Shown here piece by piece: positions 29,727-38,813 of a stretch of DNA of 46,379 nt. Location of the stretch: assembly GCA_002009975.1 (NCBI GenBank), contig MTLP01000006.1, forward strand, positions 1-46,379, in the 5' to 3' direction. A program made the position numbers and the translations under genes. Source of the stretch: Thermococcus sp. JdFR-02. Lineage in GTDB: Archaea > Methanobacteriota_B > Thermococci > Thermococcales > Thermococcaceae. Positions within the stretch are counted from its first letter, which is position 1. Each line of letters starts with the position of its first letter. The notes under the pieces were generated by a model that saw nothing but the letters and a program-made list of their open reading frames with translations, was not told the DNA's origin and ran no database searches.

Positions 29727-30214
29727 GGATGTTCAACTATTATAGTGCCTTCTTTCTTTAAAGCCTCTAAATGCTCCAAGTCAATTTTTCTTACATAGAT
29801 TTTAAACACTTGTCCATCTGGGGCTTTGGTTTCAATAATGGGCTTAGAATCAGTTGGTACTAGGATTAAAGGCACTTTGCTCTTTAAAGCCTGAGTTGCA
29901 CAGCAAGATAAAAGAGAATCGGCTATACCCAACCTAATTTTTGCAACGGTGTTTGATGTTGCTGGCGAGATTATAAAAACATCAAACTTTCCTAAATTGA
30001 AAGCGCCACACGAGGGAAAAGCGTAGCCTTGCTTTGATTCCCTAACAATTGGAAAATCCCCTATTCTTTTTAAGACTCCATACATTCTGGCAACTTCTTC
30101 ACCAGCTCTTGAGAGAAAAACCTTGATTTCATGCTTTTCCTTAAGCTTCTCCATAACTTCAACACTCTCTCTCAAGAGATGTCCAGCACCGCTAATTCCC
30201 CAAGCGATTTTCAT
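29690..30214 (-). CDS. Archaeoflavoprotein (AfpA-like, HFCD flavoprotein family)
   Basis: KIAWGISGAG and SPATSNTVAKIRLGIADSL motifs. Confidence 0.82.
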   Translation of the reverse strand: MKIAWGISGAGHLLRESVEVMEKLKEKHEIKVFLSRAGEEVARMYGVLKRIGDFPIVRESKQGYAFPSCGAFNLGKFDVFIISPATSNTVAKIRLGIADSLLSCCATQALKSKVPLILVPTDSKPIIETKAPDGQVFKIYVRKIDLEHLEALKKEGTIIVEHPYELENILERLL

Positions 30215-30277
30215 CTCACCACCTAACTCTGAGTAAAGTTTAAGATGGATTTAAACTCTTTCCTATTTGGTGATAGC

Positions 30278-30724
30278 ATGGAAATTCCAAACTATGGAAA
30301 AATTGAAGCAAAAACGGTTATCTTTGACCTAAATGGTACTTTAGGAGTTGAGGGAAAAGTAAGCAAAGAAGTTAAGGAGTTTTTAAAAAAGCTGAGTGAA
30401 AAGTATACGATTATAGTTTTAAGTGCTGATACATTTGGAACTCTTAAAGAGGAGTTTGAAGGATTAAATGTTAAAATAGAAAGAGTAAAAGATGGAAATG
30501 ACAAAATGAGAAAAGCTCAGAAATATTCTCCCTACATAGGTGTTGGTAATGGAAACAATGACATTGGAATGCTTGAGAATGCAGAGCTGGGAATTTGTGT
30601 TATTGGAGAAGAAGGGACAAGTGTTGAAGCTTTATTAAACTCAGATATTGTGGTTAAAGATGTTAGGGATGCAATCAGTCTCCTTTTGAATGAAAAAAGA
30701 CTGATAGCGACTCTTAGAGGTTGA
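30278..30724 (+). CDS. HAD-family hydrolase (soluble P-type ATPase-like)
   Basis: FDLNGT, LSADTFG and GNGNND motifs. ATG 30278 follows GGTGA. Confidence 0.85.
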   Translation: MEIPNYGKIEAKTVIFDLNGTLGVEGKVSKEVKEFLKKLSEKYTIIVLSADTFGTLKEEFEGLNVKIERVKDGNDKMRKAQKYSPYIGVGNGNNDIGMLENAELGICVIGEEGTSVEALLNSDIVVKDVRDAISLLLNEKRLIATLRG

Positions 30725-30773
30725 GGTAATGGTACTGTTACTTAGTAATGGTACCATTACTTATAAGGGTTTT
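30725..30773 (-). promoter_or_regulatory. Orphan TATA box plus tandem 18-bp palindromes
   Basis: GGTAATGGTACTGTTACT (30725-30742) and perfect AGTAATGGTACCATTACT (30744-30761) lie downstream of minus-strand AAAACC-CTTATAAG; no gene follows. Confidence 0.65.
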
Positions 30774-30820
30774 GAGAGATTAGAAACTCCAGAGAGGGTT
30801 TTTAAATATCCTTTATATTG

Positions 30821-31540
30821 CTAACTTGATTCTAGAGTCAAATTTTGCCTGCGCTTCTCTACTGTAGCTTTTAGTATCTCTCTAAACTGCGATACACGTT
30901 TTCCTAATTCTCTGATATCATCCAAGTCTGCCTCTGTGTAATTAAATGGTATTATCAGTGCCCAAGAAGGGGGTATTGACTTCTCAATGATTTGGCTTAC
31001 AACACGATCTATGATCCCCCTTGTATGAACCCAGTCTTTAGAGAGTTTACCCCACAATTTAACAGCTCCCCTATCTAAATTCACCATATTGTCGAACTCC
31101 TCCATGAAATCGTGTTCTCTTTTTGGCGTTTTCTTGCCGTCTCTCTCTTTTGTTTCTTTCTCTAGCAATTCAAGTTTTCTTCGAAAGCTCTTTTCTGGAT
31201 ATTTTACGTCTGCAAGATAGCACTTTACTAACGATTCAAGCATTAGCCTAAGCTCCATGAAGCACGCGGGTAAGTTGCCAATCAGCAAATCTGTGTGAAT
31301 TGCATAGCTTAATGGCATGAGAACGTTGAACAAGAAGAAAACCATCGAACGCTTAACATACTCTTCTCCACTATATCTTCTCTCGCTGGTATATTGGATA
31401 ACATCCCTACCTGCCAACTCTATAACTTCCTTGTAAGCTTCTGGTGCGTTACTTCGTAAAAATTCTTCATTTTCTTTCATTACTCTACAGTGGCGATTGA
31501 GCAGTTTGGTAATGAGATCCCCTTTTGTTTCTTCTGTCAT
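30821..31540 (-). CDS. All-helical hypothetical protein, HEPN/DUF5677-like
   Basis: ELRLMLES and LWGKLSKDWVH resemble the RxxxE...LSxxxH signature; more C/G-ending codons than neighbouring genes. Confidence 0.55.
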   Translation of the reverse strand: MTEETKGDLITKLLNRHCRVMKENEEFLRSNAPEAYKEVIELAGRDVIQYTSERRYSGEEYVKRSMVFFLFNVLMPLSYAIHTDLLIGNLPACFMELRLMLESLVKCYLADVKYPEKSFRRKLELLEKETKERDGKKTPKREHDFMEEFDNMVNLDRGAVKLWGKLSKDWVHTRGIIDRVVSQIIEKSIPPSWALIIPFNYTEADLDDIRELGKRVSQFREILKATVEKRRQNLTLESS

Positions 31541-31541
31541 T

Positions 31542-32429
31542 TTAATCACTCAGTATTATAATTTCATCTACATCTCCATAGAGACAGAATATGCTTAACT
31601 CAACGGGTTTCCAATCTTTTGGTATCCCTTCAATTCTTAACTCCCCAGTAAAACTTTCTTCGGGTAAAAGAGAGGATGGGCAGGATCTATAGGGGTTATC
31701 ATTCGTTGGACAGTAAAAGTGGCTTGTCTGATAACCAAGTACGTAACCTTTATCTGTCATAATCACCCCATTAAGAGTAGGAGCACTCTCTTCTGTTCGA
31801 GAATAACTGTTTTTAACTGTCACGTTAATTACAACATCCATCTTATCCGCATCCCACTTGTCGGGTTCTATGTGCCAAGAATTGAGTGTTAAATCAAACT
31901 TTCTTCCATCTCTCATGTGTATGAGGATTGTATCTCCAATTTTTGCAGTAGGGATTGAAACTGAGAAGTTTCTTTTATTCAAGATCTTGCCATACTCATT
32001 TTTAATGTAAAGAACCCCTTCGAATTCATACTCCTTTGGTTGTCTCTCCACGTTAATTGAAAGATCCGCTATGTCTGCAAGAGCAGGACTCCAAGTCTCG
32101 TTAGGCTTTATACAGGCATAATCTTTAATAGTCTTATGTTGCCCCTTGACTACCGTTTCGAATATAATTGTCTGAGAGTTAAGTGCTGAGCAGAAACTAC
32201 CATTTCCAATATTTCTAATCTTGATATTCTCAAAGTTGATTCTAATTTTATCAAGCGTTGAGCCCATTTCATCATATTTTGCACTTACATTTTCAATAAT
32301 AAGATTAGCCTCTCCAGTTTGTATATTGGTGGGTGAAGAAGTGAACTCTCCTTTCTCAGTGCATCCTGAAGCAATAACTGCTCCAATAAGTATTATAAGT
32401 ATCCCCATCACAAAGTTCTTTTCCCACAT
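31542..32429 (-). CDS. Lipoprotein with two beta-rich (Ig-like) domains
   Basis: Lipobox VIASGC; INVTVKN...DKG...LLPEESFTGEL resembles DUF4352-like folds. Confidence 0.7.
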   Translation of the reverse strand: MWEKNFVMGILIILIGAVIASGCTEKGEFTSSPTNIQTGEANLIIENVSAKYDEMGSTLDKIRINFENIKIRNIGNGSFCSALNSQTIIFETVVKGQHKTIKDYACIKPNETWSPALADIADLSINVERQPKEYEFEGVLYIKNEYGKILNKRNFSVSIPTAKIGDTILIHMRDGRKFDLTLNSWHIEPDKWDADKMDVVINVTVKNSYSRTEESAPTLNGVIMTDKGYVLGYQTSHFYCPTNDNPYRSCPSSLLPEESFTGELRIEGIPKDWKPVELSIFCLYGDVDEIIILSD

Positions 32430-32464
32430 ATTTTCCACCCAATTTTACATTGTTCATAAAACTA

Positions 32465-35140
32465 TTAACTATTATAAAAAAACTTTTCCCAAATTTTCTT
32501 AGCTTGCCACTTATCCAAAAACTCGTTAAATGTGCCACATTTAGGCGAATAAACACAAAGAGGACAGCCATCTTTACACTTGCAGCTCTTTAAATGCTCA
32601 AAACTTTTCTTCATTAGTTTTTCAACATTTTCATAGAGAATTTCCGCTAATCCGAAACCTCCCTCATTTCCATCGTAAATGAAGACTATTGGCTTTCCTA
32701 TGTGTGGAGGATTTGGGAAGCTCTCATAGCTATAGCCACCCAACTCACGGCTGTCGACATAAGTGAAAATTGGAGCTAACTTTATCATGTTATGCTCTAT
32801 AGCGTGAAGCCCATTTCCGATTCCATCTTTGCTGTCAATCATCTTCTTAACAGCAAAAGTTAACTCCTTATCTTCAATTTTTAGCTTCTTTAAACTCTCT
32901 TCTATGCTCTTTCTTATGAAGTAGGTCGTTGCTCCCAAAAATTCTGGGAACAAAAGTTTTCTGTTTAGCTTTTCATAGAGAGAGAATGCAAAATCTCCAA
33001 GGTCCTTCTCAATAGCCTTTCTAAAGAACTCGTGGAACTCTTCATTAGCAACTTCTTTAATCTTCTCTGGAAAGACAAGCCAAATACCATCAGTTTCGAA
33101 CTCTCTAATTAGCTCTTCCTCAAATTCGACCTTTGCAAATTTTGTCCAATCCAAGATGCTCCATTCTTCCTCCTTAATCTCCTCAATGGCTCCTCCTATT
33201 GGTGAATAAATCTCTCCCTTTAAAATTCCCTCTTCCTTAAGCTTCACTAATTCAGCGATATAATTCATAATATCCTTCCCCTTAACTGCAAAACCCCAGA
33301 ACTTTTGCTTTATCCTAAGCCTTCCAATGTAAATTTCAATTCCGTTATGCTCTTTTTTAGTATAAACATCAAGGATTCCTACATCTTCTCTCTTTGAAGC
33401 AAAAGTCTCGACTTCCCAGAATTTAGGCAATTGTTTGGCAAAAATGAAGTGAAACTTCCCAATGCTCAGCTTGTCTCTAACCATGTAAAGCTCTCCTCTT
33501 GAAAAGTATGCCATTCCTGGCAAAAGTGAGCGGTAATACTCCTCTTTGTCAACCTCTTCAATTAAATATCCCTTAAACTTAAGCCAGTTTACAAAATTCA
33601 AAAGTTCCCTTAAACTCTCTTTTTCTAAAAGTTTGTATCTGATCCACGGCTCATCCAAAACTAAAAAATAACTTTCATCGCTTGCAGTTCTAATTGAGGA
33701 GTAACTAAAAGCGGGTCTTAAAACCCTAAGCTCTTTCTTTCCAGTTAGCGGGTTTTCATAGAGTCTCGCTTTTCCTTCTTTTACAAGCTCTTCTGCTATG
33801 CTTTTTTCAAAATCATTCAACTCCTCCCAGTCAAGAACCTTTAACTCAGAAAGCATGTAGTGGAGATGTTTTTTAACAACCAAGCGGTTTTTCAGATTCA
33901 CAGGCATGTATTCAATTATTCCTCTCTCTAGACGCTCTACCAATTCATTCAAATGTTCTTTGTAATAATAATCCAAGCCATTCTTTCTCAAAACTATGCT
34001 GTTTATCGCTTCCCTTTCCTTTAAGCGCCCTGCTCTCCCAAAGCGCTGGATTAAAGAGAACAAACCATCCGGTGGAATTCCATAATTAATCACTGCATCT
34101 AAGTCTCCAATATCAATGCCAAGCTCTAAAGCATTAGTCGTGAGCAGAACCAAAAGCTTACCCTCTTTAAAATCACGTTCAATTTCATAGCGTATATTCT
34201 TTGGCAAAGTCCCCTTGTAAGTTGTAGTCTTATAAACAGCAGGGGAAGAGAGTAAAAATCTCATTAACTTTTCAGTTCCTTTCCTTGAATCAAAGAAAAC
34301 GAGGGTTTTAACACCTCTTTCGGCTAACTTTTCCACTACTAATCTCAAAAGCTGCATCTCGTTGAAATGTTTTGGCTCAAAAACTATCAAATAGCGCTTT
34401 GGAAATGGATTCGTTGCTTCAGTAATGACTTCAAATGTTCTCCCAAAGAAGCTTTCTGTAAATTCCTTTGGGTTCCTTAAAGTTGCTGATAAAGAAATGA
34501 TTTGAGGCTTAGCATTAAAGCGCTCTATTGCCTTTAACAGCCTTTTAAAAACATAGGCAGCATTGGTTCCAAAAACACCTCTATAAATATGCAGTTCATC
34601 AACAACAAGATACCTCACATTTCTTAAAAGCCACTCATAATCTTTAAGGTTTCTTAAAATATGGTGGTGAATCATGTCTGGAGTTGTAAAGATAATTCTT
34701 GGTTTTTCTCTTATTATTGCCCTTCTTTCCTTCCACTCCACATCTCCAGTCAAAATTTTTGCACTTATCAATTTTCCCGTTATTTTGAAAAAGTGAAAGT
34801 TCTCAATGCTGAACTTCTCGTATTGATTATTTATTAAAGCTCTCGTCGGATAAATTAAGAGATAAGTGTTTTGGGGATTTGAAAGATAACTGTCAAAGAT
34901 AGCCAGCCTAAAAATCTCGCTTTTTCCACTTGCAGTGGGAGTTGTGACTACTATATTTTTCCCAGCATAGAGAGCATTTAGTGCTTCAACTTGATGCTGA
35001 TAGAGTTTAAAGCCTAAATTTGTAATTAACTCGTTAACTTGAGAGTTTTTAAATCTAAACTTTCCATAAATACCCTCTTTTGGTGGGAACTCCTCGATGG
35101 AGATGATTTCACTTTCGAGTTCTTTAAAGATTGAATGCAT
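32465..35140 (-). CDS. SF2 DEAH-box helicase of the Hrq1/YprA(MrfA)/SftH family with DUF1998 Zn domain
   Basis: LYQHQ, TPTASGKS, VVDELHIYRGVFG, SAT, TNALELGIDIG, QRFGRAGR, YDGNEGG and CKCKDGCPLC motifs. Confidence 0.92.
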   Translation of the reverse strand: MHSIFKELESEIISIEEFPPKEGIYGKFRFKNSQVNELITNLGFKLYQHQVEALNALYAGKNIVVTTPTASGKSEIFRLAIFDSYLSNPQNTYLLIYPTRALINNQYEKFSIENFHFFKITGKLISAKILTGDVEWKERRAIIREKPRIIFTTPDMIHHHILRNLKDYEWLLRNVRYLVVDELHIYRGVFGTNAAYVFKRLLKAIERFNAKPQIISLSATLRNPKEFTESFFGRTFEVITEATNPFPKRYLIVFEPKHFNEMQLLRLVVEKLAERGVKTLVFFDSRKGTEKLMRFLLSSPAVYKTTTYKGTLPKNIRYEIERDFKEGKLLVLLTTNALELGIDIGDLDAVINYGIPPDGLFSLIQRFGRAGRLKEREAINSIVLRKNGLDYYYKEHLNELVERLERGIIEYMPVNLKNRLVVKKHLHYMLSELKVLDWEELNDFEKSIAEELVKEGKARLYENPLTGKKELRVLRPAFSYSSIRTASDESYFLVLDEPWIRYKLLEKESLRELLNFVNWLKFKGYLIEEVDKEEYYRSLLPGMAYFSRGELYMVRDKLSIGKFHFIFAKQLPKFWEVETFASKREDVGILDVYTKKEHNGIEIYIGRLRIKQKFWGFAVKGKDIMNYIAELVKLKEEGILKGEIYSPIGGAIEEIKEEEWSILDWTKFAKVEFEEELIREFETDGIWLVFPEKIKEVANEEFHEFFRKAIEKDLGDFAFSLYEKLNRKLLFPEFLGATTYFIRKSIEESLKKLKIEDKELTFAVKKMIDSKDGIGNGLHAIEHNMIKLAPIFTYVDSRELGGYSYESFPNPPHIGKPIVFIYDGNEGGFGLAEILYENVEKLMKKSFEHLKSCKCKDGCPLCVYSPKCGTFNEFLDKWQAKKIWEKFFYNS

Positions 35141-35186
35141 AATAGAAAAAATGATAAATGCCTAAAAATACCTTTCTTTCATGCTC

Positions 35187-35996
35187 ATGAAAATAGCCAC
35201 TATTAACTCACTCCCATTTAGAATTCCCAAAAATGTAAAATACAGCTTTTTCAATTCACCTTATCCAGCTCATCGCTTGGGAACAGCAGTTGATGTTTAT
35301 TTTGAAGATAAAGCACTTTTTCCATTTGAAAAAGGCATTATAAGCGAGATCAAAAAGATAAGAACACCAAAATACGTTCCAATTGAAACCGATTACCTGA
35401 TGATAATCAAAGTTGAAGATCTTTGCTTAAAGGTTCTCCACGTAAATCCAAGCGTTAAAATTGGTGAAAAAGTTTATTTAGGCGATGAATTTGGAGATTT
35501 AGTAGTTTCGGGCTTTTTTAGACCTTGGTCTGATAAGCATGTTCATTTTGAGCTTAGAGAGTGTATAGATAGGTATAGAGCGAGGGGAGCTTTAAGCGTC
35601 AAGCCAGAGATTTTAAAGCTTGTTAGGACAATCGAAGGAAACGAGTTTGAGGTCATCGAAAAAAGAGAGCATTACTACTGGCTTAAACCTTTAAGAACTG
35701 GAGAAAAGAGCTTAACGCCGCTAACTTATCAAGGTGTTTCAATAGAAGGTGGATTACCACACTATCATTATGGCGTTGCTTTTGGAGATTTTGAAAAAAT
35801 AGAACTTTTCAGAGCAGAAATCAAACCAAAAGAGAAGATTAGTGGATTTAGTGTTTTTGGAGAAGACTTCATGGTTTTTGCAAACGGACAAAAAGTCAGA
35901 GGAATTGGAATTTACTGCAATGAAGAGAGAGTAAAACTCATCGGTGGAAAGTTTGAAGAGGGAGATATTGTTGAAGTTAGAATTTCGAGATCCTAA
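35187..35996 (+). CDS. Hypothetical protein with M23/LytM-like metal motifs
   Basis: AHRLGTAVD, LHV...VKIGEKV..GD and HVHFELR motifs. Confidence 0.6.
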   Translation: MKIATINSLPFRIPKNVKYSFFNSPYPAHRLGTAVDVYFEDKALFPFEKGIISEIKKIRTPKYVPIETDYLMIIKVEDLCLKVLHVNPSVKIGEKVYLGDEFGDLVVSGFFRPWSDKHVHFELRECIDRYRARGALSVKPEILKLVRTIEGNEFEVIEKREHYYWLKPLRTGEKSLTPLTYQGVSIEGGLPHYHYGVAFGDFEKIELFRAEIKPKEKISGFSVFGEDFMVFANGQKVRGIGIYCNEERVKLIGGKFEEGDIVEVRISRS

Positions 35997-37212
35997 GAAA
36001 CTCTTTCCAATCCCAAACTTCAATTTCCTCTGGTTCTCTCTTTAAAATATCCTCGCTTGGAACTATCAGAATCTTTTTAGCTTCTTTGAACTTATGAAGT
36101 TTTTCTTCAGTTTTCCTAATATCCCTACTCTCAACACTCTCCTTCCATTTCACCTCAACAACAACTTTTATTTTCTTATATTCTCTCAGAGCAATATCTA
36201 TTTCTAATTCGGGTTTAGCTATTTTGATTGGTTGCAACTTAAAATGCCTTGCCAAAAGTTCCTCAAAGAACCACTCCATATATTTAGGCATTTTCTCTTT
36301 TAACAATTCTCCAACTCTTATTCTATCAAACTCAGCTTCAAAAAAGCCATATTTTTCATTTAGATAGAATGCAAAATCTATCACCGGTGAAAAATGCCGA
36401 TATTGAAAGCTCTTCCTTTTTCTTCCGTAAAGTGGAATTGCTCTGATTACACCCATCTGAATAAGATTCTTTAGATATTGTGAAATCAACCCCGGATTAT
36501 CCTTCTCAATTAAGCCTTTGGAAAAGAGTACACTTGAGATTTCAGATGATGAAGTCTTTCCATCAGCTATTGCTTCCAGTATTCCGGAATATCTTGCTGT
36601 AAGTTGAATGTCTTCTTCATTGAATATCTCCCCAATCAGATATGGAACGTAAATCCTAAGCTCATCCTTAAGATTGTAGAAAGTTTCTTCCTTAAATTTT
36701 TCAATTTTTGGGGCTAACCAAGGTTCTCTGACTAAGCACGCTATCTCCAAAAGTTCTCTTCCATTTATTCCAAGCTTTTCAGCGAAAATTATTGCATCTC
36801 TTGGATCTACAAGAGAGACCCCTCTAAGCTCAAAGAGTCCGAGTAGAGGACTATTATTTCCAACTATCTGTTTAAAATAGTGCATTGTAGACGTTATTAG
36901 TGTTATGCATCCCTTTCCACTTAACCCCTGTATCATTGAAAGTAACGGCTCACTTAATCTGTGAAATTCATCAATCACAGTTCTCTCTTCACTTTCAAGT
37001 AAAAGAGGTAGAATTCGCTGAAATTCTCTTTGAGTGTATTCTTCACCACTTTGAATTTCTATGAGTGTTTTTCCTTTTGTTACGATGAAGTATTTGTCAT
37101 ATTCAGCTTTTTCTCTCACATAAAAGGTTTTTCCAGTCTTTCTACGCCCATAGAGGAGCAACCATCTTGAATTTAAGACCTCGTCAAGTTCTCTTCTTGG
37201 TATAATAACCAT
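35977..37212 (-). CDS. Archaeal AAA ATPase with wHTH and C-terminal PD-(D/E)XK-like domain
   Basis: YGRRKTGKT, VIDEFH, wHTH (SSEISS...ISQYLKNLIQMG) and EIDI...VVEVKW. True start is ATG 37212 after GGTGAT; the ORF-track extension IITIIIIMVIII is translated operator DNA. Confidence 0.88.
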   Translation of the reverse strand: MVIIPRRELDEVLNSRWLLLYGRRKTGKTFYVREKAEYDKYFIVTKGKTLIEIQSGEEYTQREFQRILPLLLESEERTVIDEFHRLSEPLLSMIQGLSGKGCITLITSTMHYFKQIVGNNSPLLGLFELRGVSLVDPRDAIIFAEKLGINGRELLEIACLVREPWLAPKIEKFKEETFYNLKDELRIYVPYLIGEIFNEEDIQLTARYSGILEAIADGKTSSSEISSVLFSKGLIEKDNPGLISQYLKNLIQMGVIRAIPLYGRKRKSFQYRHFSPVIDFAFYLNEKYGFFEAEFDRIRVGELLKEKMPKYMEWFFEELLARHFKLQPIKIAKPELEIDIALREYKKIKVVVEVKWKESVESRDIRKTEEKLHKFKEAKKILIVPSEDILKREPEEIEVWDWKEFLRISKF

Positions 37213-37256
37213 TATTATAATCACCATTATAATAATGATGGTTATAATATAAAAAC
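37202..37256 (-). promoter_or_regulatory. TATA box plus triple ATAAT-N4-ATTAT operator overlapping the RBS and start codon
   Basis: ATAATaaccATTAT (37202), ATAATcaccATTAT (37217) and ATAATgatgGTTAT (37232), 15-bp period, directly downstream of minus-strand TTTTTATA. Confidence 0.7.
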
Positions 37257-37303
37257 ATTCCGAAAAATAGGTTCTATCTAATTTCAATTTACTAATTTAG
37301 AAA

Positions 37304-38149
37304 TCACTTTTTAAACACCCTCACATCTAAAACAACGTGCCAAACTCCTGGAGAATAGCGTTTAATTATCCTGCTCTCTAAAAGTTCAGCATCATAACCA
37401 TGCTCCTTTGCAATTTTTTGAAAAGTCTCAAAGGGTTCCTTTGGCATTAGTCTCTCTGGTACTGTATTGTGATAGTGAATTATAGCCTCATCTTTAGCAA
37501 TCTCTAAAGCTTTAGGAATGAACTCGTGTGTTTTAATTACATAGCCCATAAGAATTCTATCAGCTATGTTTTCACCTTTAAATTCCCTATTGTCAATATT
37601 GTAAGCACTCATTTTGTCCTGAACTTTGTTAAGCTCAATGTTTTCAACTAAAAACTTAAATGTGTAAGGGTTTTTCTCAATCGCAATAACCTTGGCTTTG
37701 CAGTGTTTGGCAATTGGCAAAGATAAGTGCCCAATCCCAGCAAACATGTCAACAACTAGTTCATTAGGTTTAGCAATGCTTGCCATTCTTACCCTTTCCT
37801 TCACATTTGCTGGAGAAAACATTATTCTTGAAGCATCAAGCTTGTAGAGAATTCCATTCTCTCTATGAACTGTTATTGGGTCGTTTCCATAAATAATCTC
37901 GTAGTGAGGTTCTCTAAATTCTCCTAAAATCCAACCCTTTCTTAGAACCGTTTTAACACCTAAAACCTCTGCATAGACTTTTGCTATCTCATGTTTGTAG
38001 GGTAAAAGTTCCTCTCTAAGCGGGAGAATTAAAACATCCCCAATTTGGCTCCATCTCTTTGGCAGCTTTTCAACTAACTCTTTAGGCAAAATTTTGCTTA
38101 ATATTTCCCTTATTCTTGGTTTTATGAGCTGGGTTTTTGTTTTTCTCAT
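37304..38149 (-). CDS. taw2: tRNA-Phe wyosine-derivative aminocarboxypropyltransferase Taw2/TYW2 (Trm5 family)
   Basis: IGDV, HRENGILYKLD, MFSPAN..ER, DMFAGIG, DRILMGY and KRYSPGVWH motifs. Confidence 0.85.
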   Translation of the reverse strand: MRKTKTQLIKPRIREILSKILPKELVEKLPKRWSQIGDVLILPLREELLPYKHEIAKVYAEVLGVKTVLRKGWILGEFREPHYEIIYGNDPITVHRENGILYKLDASRIMFSPANVKERVRMASIAKPNELVVDMFAGIGHLSLPIAKHCKAKVIAIEKNPYTFKFLVENIELNKVQDKMSAYNIDNREFKGENIADRILMGYVIKTHEFIPKALEIAKDEAIIHYHNTVPERLMPKEPFETFQKIAKEHGYDAELLESRIIKRYSPGVWHVVLDVRVFKK

Positions 38150-38300
38150 CGAAAGCTAAGTTAATGTTTTAAGTTAAAAATTTTTGCTTGTTTGAAAATC
38201 GATTACTCAATTAGCATTTCGGCAAAAAACGATTAGAAAGCCTTAAAAAGAGGTAGTGATATAAACTAGTTGAGAACCTCACTGGAGGTAGAGGAAAACT

Positions 38301-38651
38301 ATGGATGAAGAAGACTCGAGTAGTTTTTGGCTAATGAGAATTTTTAAATCGAGAAAAAGTAGAGAAGTTCTTGAGCAGAAAATTACGGATAAAGTATATG
38401 AGGATTTAAGAACCCTTTTAATGAGAGCAAAGCCCGAGGTGAAAGGAGATAAAATTATCTTAAGGCTTCCAAAGGGAGAAGTTATTCTCAGCAAAGGCAA
38501 TCTTAAGATTATTGCTGCAAACAGGGAAGAGGCTGAGAAGATATTAAGGAATCTCCACCACTACTCAATGCCACCAGGGTTATGGCCCGCGTATGGACTT
38601 AGCTATTCTATAAAAAGAGAATCATTCACAATGAGTAAAAGTAAGGTTTAA
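38301..38651 (+). CDS. Hypothetical protein
   Basis: 116-aa ORF after GGAGGTAGAGG, followed by a T-tract. Confidence 0.6.
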   Translation: MDEEDSSSFWLMRIFKSRKSREVLEQKITDKVYEDLRTLLMRAKPEVKGDKIILRLPKGEVILSKGNLKIIAANREEAEKILRNLHHYSMPPGLWPAYGLSYSIKRESFTMSKSKV

Positions 38652-38683
38652 TTTTTTTCTTTTATACCTTCTTTGTCCTTTTT
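38652..38683 (+). terminator. Oligo-T terminator
   Basis: TTTTTTTCTTTT...CTTTTT directly after the stop codon. Confidence 0.55.
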
Positions 38684-38730
38684 ACTCCCAACCCCAAAGA
38701 TTTTAAGGCTATCTACCTAAATTTAACTCA

Positions 38731-38786
38731 GCGGATGATGGACCTTGCCCAGTCTGAACAGTGATGACGTCGGTATTAGCTGACGC
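38731..38786 (+). ncRNA. Box C/D methylation-guide sRNA, probably targeting 16S rRNA helix 18
   Basis: C-like ATGATGG, D' CTGA, C' GTGATGA, D CTGA, GCG/CGC terminal stem, two ~12-nt guides; upstream CAAAGA-TTTTAAG promoter. Confidence 0.85.
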
Positions 38787-38813
38787 TTTAGTTTTCCTTT
38801 AGGAGGAATAAAA

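Noticed and set aside
30729-30824. Small plus-strand ORF MVLLLSNGTITYKGF... after GAGGTA
   Set aside because: Only ~31 codons, largely made of palindrome and TATA sequence; coding cannot be supported without homology or ribosome-profiling evidence.
32465-35140. DUF1998 helicase as DISARM/Druantia/Dpd defence
   Set aside because: No methylase, PLD or partner helicase nearby; the architecture matches the stand-alone Hrq1/MrfA repair family.
37213-37287. Hydrophobic N-terminal extension (IITIIIIMVIII) as a TM helix
   Set aside because: It is the ATAAT/ATTAT operator and TATA box read in frame; the RBS supports the start at 37212.
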